Of a DNA stretch of 64,000 nt, positions 1 through 11,020 are shown one piece after another. This DNA comes from the human T2T-CHM13v2.0 reference genome, Homo sapiens. The stretch lies in assembly GCF_009914755.1 (NCBI RefSeq), contig NC_060939.1, one strand, 5' to 3'. The notes below the pieces were generated by a model. It saw only the letters and a list, made by a program, of their open reading frames with translations, was not told the DNA's origin and searched no databases. Numbering within the stretch: position 1 is the first letter of the stretch; every line of letters starts with the position of its first letter. Made by a program: the position numbers and the translations under genes.

Positions 1-893
1 TATAGATTCAATGCTATTCATATTAAACTACTATTGGCATTCTCTACAGAATTAGAAAAAACTATTTTAAAATTTATGTGGAACCAAAAAAAGAACCTGA
101 ATAGCTTGCCAAGACAATCCTAAGCAAAAAGAACAAAGTGGAGGCATCATGCTACCTTACTTCAAACTATAACACAAGGCTACCATAACCAAAACAACAT
201 GATACTGGTACAAGAACAGACACGTAGACCAATGCAAAAGAATAGAGAACTCAGAAATAAGATTTCACACCCACAACCCTCTGATCTTTGACAAACCTGA
301 CAAAAACATGCAATAGGGAAAGGATTCCTTGTTTAATAAATGGTGCTAGGAGAACTGGCTAGCCACATGCAGAAAATTGGAAGTAGACGCCTTCCTTACA
401 CCATATACAAAAATTAACTCAATAGGGATTAAAAACTTAAATATAAAACCCAAAACTATAAAAACCCTAGAAGAAAACCTAGGCAATACCATTCAGGTCA
501 TAGAAATAGGCAAAGATTTTGGGATGAAAATGCCAAAAGCAACTGCAACAAAAGCAAAAATTGACAAGTGGGATCTAATTAAACTAAAGAGTTGCAGCAC
601 AGCAAAAGAAACTATCATCAGAGTGAACAGATAACCTAGAGAGTGGGTGAAAAATTCTGCAATCTATTCATCTGACAAAGGTCTAATATCCAGAATCTAC
701 AAGGAACTTACACAAATTTACAAGAAGAAAACAAATAACCCCCTTAAAAAGTGGGCAAAGGACATGAACAGACACTTCTCAAAAGAAAACATACATGCAG
801 CTAACAAGTATATGAAACAAAACTCAACATTACTGATCATTCGAGAAATGCAAATCAAAACCACAACGAGATACCAGTCAGAATGGCTATTAT
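1..893 (+). mobile_element. LINE-1 (L1PA15/16-like) ORF2 3' region, degraded; host element, 5' part
   Basis: ORFs 377-634 and 647-910 give L1 ORF2p C-terminal peptides ([12 protein letters not shown]; [14 protein letters not shown]) with stops and frameshifts. Confidence 0.93.
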
Positions 894-1576
894 TATTATT
901 ATTACTCTAAGTTCTGGGATACATGTGCAGAATATGCAGGGTTGTTACATAGGTATACGTGTGCCATGGTGGTTTGCTGTACCTATCAACCCGTCATCTA
1001 GGTTTTAAGCCCTGCATGCGTTAGGCATTTGTTCTAATGCTCTCCCTCCCCTTGCCCCTACCCCCTGACAGGCCCTGGTGTGTGATGTTCCCCTCTCTGT
1101 GTCCATGTGTTCACATTGTTCAACTCCCACTTATGAGTGAGAACATGGGGTATTTGGTTTCCTCTTCCTGTGTCAGTTTGCTGAGAATGATGGCTTCCAG
1201 CTTTATCCATGTCTCTGCGAAGGACATGAACTCATTCTTTTCTACGGCTGCATAGTATTCCATGGTATATATGTGCCATATTTTCTTTATCTGGTTTATC
1301 ATTGATGGGCATTTTGGTTGTTTCCAAGTCTTTGCTATTGTAAATACTGCTGCAATAAGCATACGTGTGCATGTGTCTTTATAGTAGAATAATTTCTAAT
1401 CCTTTGGGTATATATCCAGTAATGGGATGGCTGGGTCAAATGGTATTTCTGGTTCTAGATCCTTGAGGAATTGCCACGCTGTCTTCCACAATGGTTGAAC
1501 TAATTTACACTCCCACCAACAGTGTAAAAGCATTACTATTTCTCCACAGCCTCACCAGCATCTGTTGTCTCCTGAC
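894..1576 (-). mobile_element. 5'-truncated L1PA (L1PA8-like) inserted antisense into the older L1
   Basis: (TTA)n tail, then reverse-complement L1PA 3'UTR; ORF 1120-1362 ends ...MFSLISGS; TSD cagaatggctattat (879-893) / caaaatggctattat (1577-1591). Confidence 0.92.
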
Positions 1577-2290
1577 CAAAATGGCTATTATGAAAAAGTC
1601 CAAAAGTAACAGATGCTTGAGAAGTTATGGAGAAAAAGGAACACTTTTACACTGTTGGTGCTGGTGGGAGTGTAAATTTGTTCCACCATTGTGGAAGACA
1701 GTGGTGATTCCTCAAAGACCTAGAGATAGAAATACCATTTGACCCAGCAATCCCATTAATGGGTATTTACCCAAGGAATATAAAACATTCCATTATAAAG
1801 ATGCATGTATGCATATGTTCACTGCAGCACTATTAACAACAGCAAAGACATGGAGTCAAACCAAATGTCCACGATGATAGACTGGATAAAGAAAATGTGG
1901 TACATATACACCATTAACTACTATGCAGTCATAAAAAGGAACAAGATCACATCCTTTGCAGGGACATTGATGAAGTTGGAAGCCATTATCCTCAGCAAAC
2001 TAATGCAGGAACAGAAAACCAAACACCAAATGTTCTCACTTATAAGCGGGAGCTGAATGATGAGAACACATGGACACATAGGGGAGTAACAACACACACT
2101 GGGGCCTGTTGCTGTGGGGCTGCGGGGAGGGAGAGCTTAGGGAAGAATGGCTAATGGATGCTGGGCTTAGTACCTAGGTGATGGAATGATCTGTGCAGCA
2201 AACCACCATGGCACACATTTACCTATGTGACAAATCTGCACATCCTGTACATGTACCTCTGAACTTAAAATAAATGTTGAAGAAAAAAAA
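1577..2290 (+). mobile_element. LINE-1 (L1PA15/16-like) ORF2 end and 3'UTR; host element, 3' part
   Basis: ORF 1805-2056 ends ...MFSLISGS; 3'UTR ends gaacttaaaataaatgttgaagaaaaaaaa. Confidence 0.92.
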
Positions 2291-2294
2291 TATT

Positions 2295-2385
2295 GTTTGT
2301 CCTGATTACTGAGGTATTTTGGCACCACCTGAAATTGTGCACCTGAAGTAAGAAATTCCTTTGCTTCACTCTAGTCCCAGGCCTC
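2295..2385. mobile_element. MER96-like hAT fragment
   Basis: ends cttcactctagtcccaggcc, resembling the recalled MER96 terminus. Confidence 0.45.
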
Positions 2386-2520
2386 CTGTGTGTTAAACAT
2401 TATCACATGCTCACTGTATCACAGTGAGATAGACATTTGCAGATGACAACTGAGGCTGATGAAGGTTCAGAATCTTGTCTGAGGATATTCAGAAAGACCA
2501 GGGCAGAAGTGGGTCAAGAA

Positions 2521-2789
2521 TTTTTTTTTTTTTTTTTTAAGACAGAGTCTCGCGATCTTGGCTCACTGCAACTTCCATCTCCTAGGTTCAAGCAATTCTC
2601 CTGCCTCAGCCTCCTGAATAGCTGAGACCACAGGTGCATGCCACCATGCTTGGCTAATTTTTTGTATTTTGGGAAGAGATGGGGTTTCACCATGTTTCCC
2701 GGGCTGGTCTTGACCTCCTGAGCTCAAGCAATATGCCTGCCTCAGTCTCCCAAAGTACTGGGATAATAGGTGTGAGCCACCACACTGGG
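2521..2789 (-). mobile_element. Alu (J/S) with ~30 bp internal deletion
   Basis: poly-T head then Alu antisense; gagtctcgc joins directly to gatcttgg. Confidence 0.93.
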
Positions 2790-2879
2790 CAGTTTTGGTA
2801 TTCTTTTCACTTTGGAAATTCCATGCCATCCTACCTGGCATGAAACTAATCTAGTCTTCATCACAACTCACATCCATCT

Positions 2880-3070
2880 AGCACTTTACGTACACAGCTC
2901 ATGCTCACTTAATCTTTAAGACAAGCCTATACACAGGTATCATAATATTCTTGTTTATAAAATGAAAACTAGAGGGCTATGGAAATTAAGTAACTTGACC
3001 AGGATCACACAGAAAACAAATAGAATATGAGCACACACCTAGGTTTTCTGAGTTTGAGTCTTATGCCCTC
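2880..3070 (-). mobile_element. MIR
   Basis: antisense core gaaactagagg...aagtaacttgaccaggatcacacag. Confidence 0.7.
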
Positions 3071-3640
3071 TTAGATCTTGAGTAGGAAAAGATTTTTAAA
3101 CAAAACACAAAAGATGTTTAATATAAAATAAAATACTTATAGATTTGACCACACTAAAATTAACATTAACATGTTAATAAGTGAAACTTAAAGTGAAAAG
3201 CCAAGTTACAAACAGGGAGAAAATATCTTCAATACATACAACCAACAAGAGATTGGTGTGAAGAATATGTAAAGAAACTTGCAAATACATAAACAAAATA
3301 AGTAATGGAAAAATGGACAAAGAAAGAAATAAATATATGAAGAGAAGTGTAACATCATGTTATCAGGGAAATAAAAACTAAACCCATCATGAGATACCCT
3401 TTTATACTTAGTTTGCAAAATATTAGCCTGCCTGACAATCACCAAAGTTAAACAGAAAATGGTTCTACAGGAATTATTACAAAGCACTGGTGGGAATCAG
3501 ATATAGTATAACCATTTTGGAAAGCAGTTTGGCATTTTATACTGAAGCTGATTTGTACATGTAACTCAAAAATTCCATTTTTAGGTATATTCTCCAGATA
3601 AACTCTTATACTTGCATACTAGGAGTCATGTGCACAAATC
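3070..3640 (+). mobile_element. old L1M (L1ME-like) fragment
   Basis: degraded ORF2-end motifs (atcagggaaataaaaactaaa; accattttggaaagcagtttggca). Confidence 0.7.
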
Positions 3641-3699
3641 ATACACATACATGTACACACACACAAACATGCATGCACAGCTTTGGGGAATCATTTACT

Positions 3700-4280
3700 A
3701 TTTTATTCAACAATTGTCTATTGAGCATCTGCTGTGAATCGAGTTTATTCATAGTTTTTAAATTATAAAATGAACAAATTACAGCTTCTTCCATGAGGAA
3801 TACACAATATGGTCAATAACATACATAAACAGTACTTGCAGTGCAACGTGGCAAGTATTTTTACAGAATTATAAGCAAAGTGTTTCGAAAGCCTAGAAGA
3901 AGAAAAAAGCAATTGTAGAAGAGATAACTTTTGAGCAGGGATTTGAATTAAGAAGTGAAGAAATACCTGAGACCTGTGCGGTGGTCCAAAATTCCATTGC
4001 AAAGGTAGAATTTGAACTTGGCTTGGAAAGCTGGCTAGGGCCAAGATGGCAGGAAGAAGGATGGGCATTACTCATTTGAGAAGTGGGGGCCAGGAAGGGA
4101 TGCAGTGAAGGATAGAATCATGGAGCACAAACCTTAAGAGAGAAGAAGCTAGAAATAATGAGTAGTGATAGGACATGTTACATTAAGGAGACCATAGGCC
4201 TTGAAAAAGGACTTTTGACTTGATATGATAAAGGACAACATTTTAGGTTTCTGAGCAAAGGGCATAACATAAAGTTTTGT
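3700..4280 (-). mobile_element. L2 fragment
   Basis: antisense L2 3' end (tattcaacaattgtctattgagcatc) followed by purine-rich L2 body. Confidence 0.65.
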
Positions 4281-4713
4281 TTTCAGCCCTTTTCTGGTTG
4301 CTGGGTTTCCTTCAGAAGATCTTCCTGCTCATGAGGTTGGCCAAGCTATGTAAGTGGGAGTCAATCGATAGTGTTTTATTTGGCCACCTGTGGGAGGGGG
4401 AATTATGACACGTGTCTTGATTCAGAGCTCAGTCTGGCTCTTTCCCCACAGGGTATGCTGGGTTTGGAGAAGGATTTGCCTAGTTCACAGAAGGCAGAAC
4501 TGGGTAGAACAAGAACACCAGACGTTCAGGTCCTTGAAAAGAAGAGAGTCTTTAAACCCTCAAAAATGACCGACCATAAAACAGAGCAGATGAAGGAGAG
4601 GTGGAGGAGAACAAAGGCCATCACTGTGGCAGTAGCTGGATCATAATAATTATAACACTCAACTAATACCTTATACTTGCAGAACACTTTTGGCACTTTA
4701 TCATTAAAAAAAT

Positions 4714-4759
4714 GATTTCACGCTGGAGGGTCGATTTCACGCTGGAGGGTCAATTTCAC
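4714..4759. repeat. 19-bp tandem duplication
   Basis: gatttcacgctggagggtc x2 plus a partial third copy. Confidence 0.95.
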
Positions 4760-5689
4760 AGAAGCTGAACCTGATTTTGTTCTGAGATTTGGAATGAAAA
4801 GAGGAAAAAGAAGATTGGGTAGGCAATTGACGGAAGGCTTTTTTGAGAAGACAAAAGAGGCCTGATGATTAATTATGAAAGCATGGAGATGAGGAGGTGC
4901 CCCAAATTGTTAAGAACTAAACCAGGGCCATGTAATCTAATGAAATGCTCTTTTATTTCATTAAAGAAAGGCTCGCTAGGTCAGGGGTCACTGGTTCTAG
5001 AACCAAGGAATTTTAGAACATTTGATATTCTCTTCCAAATTCCTCTTATGGCCCTATAATTTTTACACTTATATTTCAGTGCGTGTCCATAGAGTATATA
5101 GAGCATGGCATTTGCCTTTTAATTCCTTGGAGTATTTTATAAACCTGGGTAATTCAGTCCTGCTTAAAATTGAGAGTTATAGATGGTTTCATCTTTAGAC
5201 CGTGTCTTCCATGACCTCAATTACCGCATTAAAATATTGTAAGCAAATTAAGATTCAAATAGCATTTATTACACAAGATCAAGTTCACTTTATAAGTAAT
5301 TTACATATTGTCACTGACTCTATGCCAATTGCTTACAACTTTGACATTGTTTGTGGGAGAGTGGCCAACACTAATGCACAAGACTGAGACATAATTTATT
5401 ATGAGACTCTTTCTCTGTGCTGTGGGATATTTAGGGAAGTCATGCAACATAACAGAAGTGAGTGCACCTAATCAGTGTGGCTGTTTAGATTATCTTAATT
5501 TAGGAAATGGCAATGCAGTAATAGTTCTACCTGTTCAGCTTCTAGAACAGGAAAAGTTCAGTACCAAGATGAGTTCAGGGATTTAAGAAAGAAGGGAGGT
5601 GGATTTCTTGTTGATAATTCAAACTACTCTCTTAAATCACATTTTACCCCCATCCATCTTTTTAAATTTTGTCTTTCTGTGCAGTACTG

Positions 5690-5930
5690 CAGATAGCATA
5701 GTGAAGAGGAAAGGTGTTGAGCAGGACTTTTGAGTTTAAGTCCTTGCTCTGCTACACTTTAGCTGTGTGACCTTGAGCAGCTCACTTAACCTTTCTGTGC
5801 CTCAATTTTCTCATATGTAAATGGGAATAGTCATACTCCTTACCTCATAGGGTTGTTGTGAGGATTAAATGAGTTAATAGAGCAGTGCCACACTTACAGT
5901 AAGTACCACAAAAGCCTTGGCTTTTTATTA
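5690..5930 (+). mobile_element. MIR (near full length)
   Basis: agctgtgtgaccttgagcagctcacttaacc...cctcatagggttgttgtgaggattaaatgag. Confidence 0.9.
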
Positions 5931-6959
5931 TTAGTCTTTTTGTTATGTGTTTCTATATCCTGTTTCACTTGGATTTCTATTACAGCACTAGCATTAGGTC
6001 ATCATTTTTTTCTTTTTTTAATATTTCAATTTTTATTGGTGAATAACATGCATACAGAAATACATGCACAAAGCATTAATGCAGAGCTCAACGAATTATT
6101 ACAAGGCAAATACATTTGTGTAACCATGGCATAAGACCAGCCTTTTTCATGCCCTTGACAGCCACTTACTCCCTTCTTTCTCCCCAAAGGCAGCCACAAT
6201 CTTAAGAGCTAATGTTGTAGAAAAACTTTATCTTTTTATACAAGTGTTTTACTACAGAACACTTTAAACCTATACAAAATAAACAAAGTAGTGTAATAGA
6301 CATGACCCCCAGTCTCAACAACTATTAATCATTTGCTGTTTTTGTTTCATCTATATGTCAACCCATTCCCCACCACCCCCATTTTATTATTCTTTTAAGA
6401 TATATTTGTGAGATAAGATGTATATGCATTGAAATGTATAATTTTAACTGTAACTTTTTGATGAATCTATACACCCATATAATCTTTTCTCCTTTTGAGA
6501 ATAGAATTACCCCAATTAAAACTCATTAATGTGCATGTGAATCACTTGGAAATATTTAACATCCAGATTTTGATAAAATAGACCTGGGTTTTGCCTGAGA
6601 ATTTGTATTTTGAACAAAGTGCAGAACGATGGAGCACCTGGCAACTACAAGGCAGTTAAACTAAAAGAGTTTATCTAAAGTAAACAAAAGCTTATGAATA
6701 AAATGAAAGAAAATTGACCTCACGTGAAAGAGGAAATCAAAACACATGTGCAATGTGCTATCTGTAGGAGCATTTGGTTAACAATGACATAAAACAGCCA
6801 AACAGTTTTATAATGATTTGAATCCAAAATTAGCAAAATCTCTTTAAGGTTTCCATGGAAATGCTTCTTTAGAATGAAAAATTTTAGTATCATGAGAAGG
6901 ATTTGGTTAAAAACAGCAAAGATTTGGAAGTAGATGTCTTATAAGTAAATAGCAGACCC

Positions 6960-7250
6960 CTTTTCACACCCATCGGTGGTTTTTACAGGCTTGACCAAAA
7001 TTCAGTCATTTACACACCAAGTACAGATAATTTTCATATCTCTTTATTAAAATTATATTTTAATGCCCTTACAAAATTTAACTCATTTTTCTTTTAAAAT
7101 AAAGTAACAACATTTTTATATGACATTATAAGCTCCATGTATATTAAACTTGAACTGACATAATTTTATTAGGCAGTTTCTGTGTGTCTACCATCCATTA
7201 TTCTTTGGGGTTCCACCATTTGCACAGTCACCATGGCTGAGAAACATAAT
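6960..7250. mobile_element. old hAT/Charlie-type DNA transposon remnant
   Basis: AT-rich body ending ggctgagaaaca, similar to the hAT-Charlie terminus ggttgagaaacactg. Confidence 0.4.
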
Positions 7251-7360
7251 GCTCGAGACACAGGATATTCCCTGCATCTTTTCCTTTCTCGCAGCATCAG
7301 TTCATCAGTTAATCAAGTTATATGAGAGTGGAGGCTATGTATTCCCTAGGATAGAGGGTC

Positions 7361-8335
7361 TCATTCTTGGGCACTCTCATCAGAGGAAGTAGAGACCAGA
7401 AGGTCCTCTTAGGGGACACTTCCTGGGACCCGGGCCAAGCCCACTCAGGGGTGAGGGCTCTGATCAGCAGGTACAGGACTCTCAGGAGGGAGAGATGAGG
7501 CAGCCATTCTGAACCTGGAGTTCCACCATCCCTTGTCACATCCCATCAAGACAGTTCTGAGGGGCTGCTCTGGAACATGTCTGGATGGTGGAGGTTGGGG
7601 CAGTGTGGGCTTTGATGGGACTCAGGTAAGGTCTGTGGTAGGGAGGCAGGAGGTCCATAATCAGCATATGGGATGGTGTCCTTGTGGGTTGGGTCCAAGT
7701 CCATCTTCACTACAGAGGAAGCTGAAGAGTCTGGGTGGCTCCAGGTTGCATCTCTGACTCTCTTTGAAGGTGGGATCTGAAAGAAGCTAAGTCTCGGTAT
7801 CTTTAGGAAATTTTGGAAAGTCTGCTTGATAATCTGGGAAGGCCTCTTGCCAGGTTCCTGAATGCTTGATTTGCTGTCCTGACCACATATATGTTTGACA
7901 GGAAGAGAGCTGGGTTTGCATTCACACCAGTACAACAGTGAGCCAGAGGTCGAAGTGGCCAGGATGAGTGTCTTGGTGACAGGCTAGGGTACATCATGGG
8001 AGCAAACTTGAAGCCTCATTGCTTGGCAATGAGGGTTGAGTCCCGGCCCAAGTGCTTGGGTGCAGCATAAGGCCAATCAACAAATCCACCTCCCACCTCC
8101 TTTAGCTGTCCATAAGGTGAGAAGGAGCCCAGTTCATGTTTTGATGGGAGGCTCTGCCAGGTACATGGATCACACCTTGGGTTTCTTGACCGCTGGCTGA
8201 CTTGTCAGAATAGATTCAGGACGAATCTATTCTTGGATGTGTGGACAGGCATTGCTCCTTCAGTTTTGCTGATGCTTCAATTCAAGTCTCCTGGGAAGTT
8301 TCTGCAGTAGAATCTTACTGTGCAGCTCTCTTGAC
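7361..8335 (-). pseudogene. FAM90A-family pseudogene (5'-truncated, highly diverged, probably processed)
   Basis: Hand translation across frames gives colinear blocks matching recalled FAM90A1: SKILLQKLPRR (RKALLHIFSGK), MPVHTSKNR (MPVHTTSKR), PGKRPSQIIKQTFQNFLKIPRLSFFQIP (PGAKRPAPAPIQACLNFPKKPRLGPFQIP), QPLRTVLMGCDKGWWNS (QPLRVLFRRLENGRWSS), RVPGSVP*EDLLVSTSSDES (RVPPSVLYEDLQVSSSSEDS). Multiple stops and frameshifts; terminal TGA at 7363-7361. Confidence 0.88.
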
Positions 8336-8478
8336 TGTTTATTATAAAGGATATTGCAAAGGATATGAATGAAGACACGTGTAGAGCGAAGTATGGGAGA
8401 AAGGATGCAGAGCTTCTATGCCCTCCAGGCGAGTGCCGCCCTCCAGGAATTTCCATATGTTTGGCTTTCCAGAAGCAC
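8336..8478 (-). mobile_element. MER21 LTR fragment
   Basis: gtttattataaaggatattgcaaaggata...gccctccaggaatttccatatgtttggctttccagaagc matches recalled MER21 antisense. Confidence 0.82.
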
Positions 8479-8977
8479 TTTCTAAAAAATTAAACATTCC
8501 TGTCAATCTCACTAATTTTAAGCTCTTTGATTCAGTCCCAGCACATATATTGGTCATTTTGGGAATGAGTACAATTCCCAAAATGAGTACAATTTTGGGA
8601 TTGAGTAGACATTTAGTGCATGTAATTTTCAAAGGGGTTCTTTCTTTTTTTTTTTCAAATAGAGTTGGTAAAAGAAAGCTTTTGAAAATGATAGAACTCA
8701 GTGGTTTGGGGCCCTGAGAATTTCTGTCTTTTGCCCTCTGTCCTGTGACTGCCCCTTGGAGCATCTGGTAGTTGCTCTGGGGTTCTTCATTGAGAATTGT
8801 GGGCAAATCTGAAATGATTTCAGTCTTTCCTTGTGTAGACATGGCAGATGAGATAGTACTTCTTTCCTGTATATTCAAACACTTGGGAGGATGCCTCTGA
8901 ATATCTAAACTAAGAAATGACAAATGCCTTTTTTTTCCCCTACCAAAATTCTCATTATAGCAGATACAGTTACTCAA

Positions 8978-9172
8978 AAGCAGCAGTTCTTCAACTGTGT
9001 CCAAGGACTGGCATCATCAGTATCATCTGGGAGCTTGTTAGAAATGCTAATTCTTGGCCTCACCCTAGACCTAAGGAATCAAACACTACAGCGGTGGAGG
9101 CTACCTAGCACTTTGTTTCTTAACAAGCCTTCCAGGGTATTCTGTTGCATGTTGAAGTTTGAGTAACACAGC
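8978..9172. mobile_element. MER5A hAT-Charlie MITE
   Basis: gcagttcttcaac...catctgggagcttgttagaaatgc...aagtttgagtaacac. Confidence 0.85.
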
Positions 9173-9289
9173 TCGAAAGGGTCAGCGTTCTCTAGCTGCA
9201 GATCATTAGTAGCAACCACTACTCCAGAAAGAGTAAAGAAGGCTTAAGCAGCCGTCGTGGTTAAGACCAACCTCAACAAACCATCATGG

Positions 9290-9510
9290 AGTGAATGATT
9301 TGTGCCAGGCACAGTGGCAGGTGCTTTCAGATGTATTAGTTTATTTAGTTTCAACCACAGTCTTTTAAAAAGATGGCATTAGCCAGTGTTGTGGGAGGAG
9401 GAAACTGAGGCATAAGTCTTTACCCAAGGTCACTGAGCAGGTAAGTTACAGAACTGAGAATTGAACCCTGGTCTGGCTGATTCCCCAACTCATACTTCTA
9501 CTATTCTACT
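9290..9510 (-). mobile_element. MIR
   Basis: tgtgccaggcacagtgg...gaggaaactgaggc...cccaaggtcac. Confidence 0.8.
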
Positions 9511-10379
9511 TGTCCAAATCTCTAAAATGCTCACCTTTCTTCTTGGTGCTTGGCTTAAATGATTCTTATTTCAGATAAATATTTTTTCTCTGTTTTTCAG
9601 AATGCCATGTATTTGTGTATATTTGTACACAGGTGTTACAGCTAAATTCTGCACTTCAATAATGTAGATATCTATTTTGCTCTTTCAGCAAACATTTGTT
9701 GAGAACCTACTGTGTGCACAGCATTGCAAACACACATACAGAAGTGCTCATGCTGGTCAAGATCATCCTTGGCCTCAAAGTAATCACTCAAATAACTGGC
9801 TGGGATCCAAAACTGTATGGAGAAAAATAGGTTAAAGTTAAATATATAAGGTTTAAGATACTAAGATAGTGAGAAACTTCTCCAAAGGCAATCATAATAG
9901 CTAATGTTGAGATTAATTAACATTGCTGACTAATTTTAGATTAACTAGCTTAATTCAAGGTCAGAGGCAAGGGAAAAATGAGAGGCAAGTTTAGAATATA
10001 GAGTTTCATCCATATCTTTATAATACTATTCGTTCTCTCCACATGTATTAAGGCTTTGCTATGTGTCCTGTACTTTATAAGGTGCTGCATGTAATGAGAA
10101 AGAACTAGAAAATGGAGTCCCTGCTTTCAAGGAGCTAGCCAAAGGACTTTGTCCTTTGGCTTGCCTTGCTGTTATCAAGATCAATCACTTGTTTTAAAAT
10201 AAAATGTTCTACTCCGCTTAAGGGTATTAGTGATCATCCTCACATAAAAATGATTTGATTTCTCACCAGCACCTTTGAATTTCACTTAATGTCCAGGGTT
10301 CCCAGTTCAGCTAACCTGTTTTTTATTTTTAATCAAATTTGTAGAAAAAGCATAAAGTCTTACCCTATGTAACAAATAC

Positions 10380-11020
10380 TTGACTTTTATTCATTCTGCA
10401 AATTGATGAATGCTGTGGAGTGCAAAGATGAAAAAGAGAGTCCCCACACAAGGAAATCAGTCAGGTGTGCAAACACATTATTATAATGAGGAAAGATACA
10501 TACTAATACAGTTATGTACAAATAATTAATGGTCATCAAGAGCAGAGCAATAGTTCTGCCTAGAAAATTTTTTCATGTGTGTGGTGGTAATTGAGAAGAG
10601 TCTCAAAGAATGATTAGACATTTTCTGGGTAGACATAAGGGAAGGGAATTCTAAGCATGGGGAACAGCATTTACAAAGTTATGGACACATGAACAAGCAT
10701 GACATATTAAGGAAATGATGGTTACAGCTTAGGTGTATTTAAGGGGAAGGAAAAGGAACTTAGGGGAAAGATGTTTTGGATAGTATGTTCAAGAACCTGA
10801 AACCTATGTGATGGGCAATGAGGACCTACTGCAAAGTGTTAACGAAGGCCAGATAATCCTTGAGCAAGAGAATTAGAAATTCAGATCTATGCATCGAGAA
10901 GTTCTGTATGTCTGCAATGTGAAGAATGACTTGGATTATTATGGAGTTAGAGTAGATATTAATGAATAGAAAAATAAAGACTTGGAAGTAAACTTGACAG
11001 GACTTAGTAGTTGGATGTAT
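10380..11020 (-). mobile_element. L2 fragment (smaller pieces near 9680-9800 and 10030-10140)
   Basis: purine-rich L2 antisense motifs (ggaattctaagcatggggaacagc; gggcaatgaggacctactg). Confidence 0.6.

Noticed and set aside
7546-7935. 129-aa ORF as an intact gene
   Set aside because: It is one frame segment of the FAM90A pseudogene, flanked by frameshifts and stops.
8342-9004. Longest ORF in the window (220 aa, minus strand)
   Set aside because: Non-ATG start inside MER5A, end inside MER21, crosses a poly-A run, no recognisable domain and no FAM90A zinc knuckle; chance ORF.
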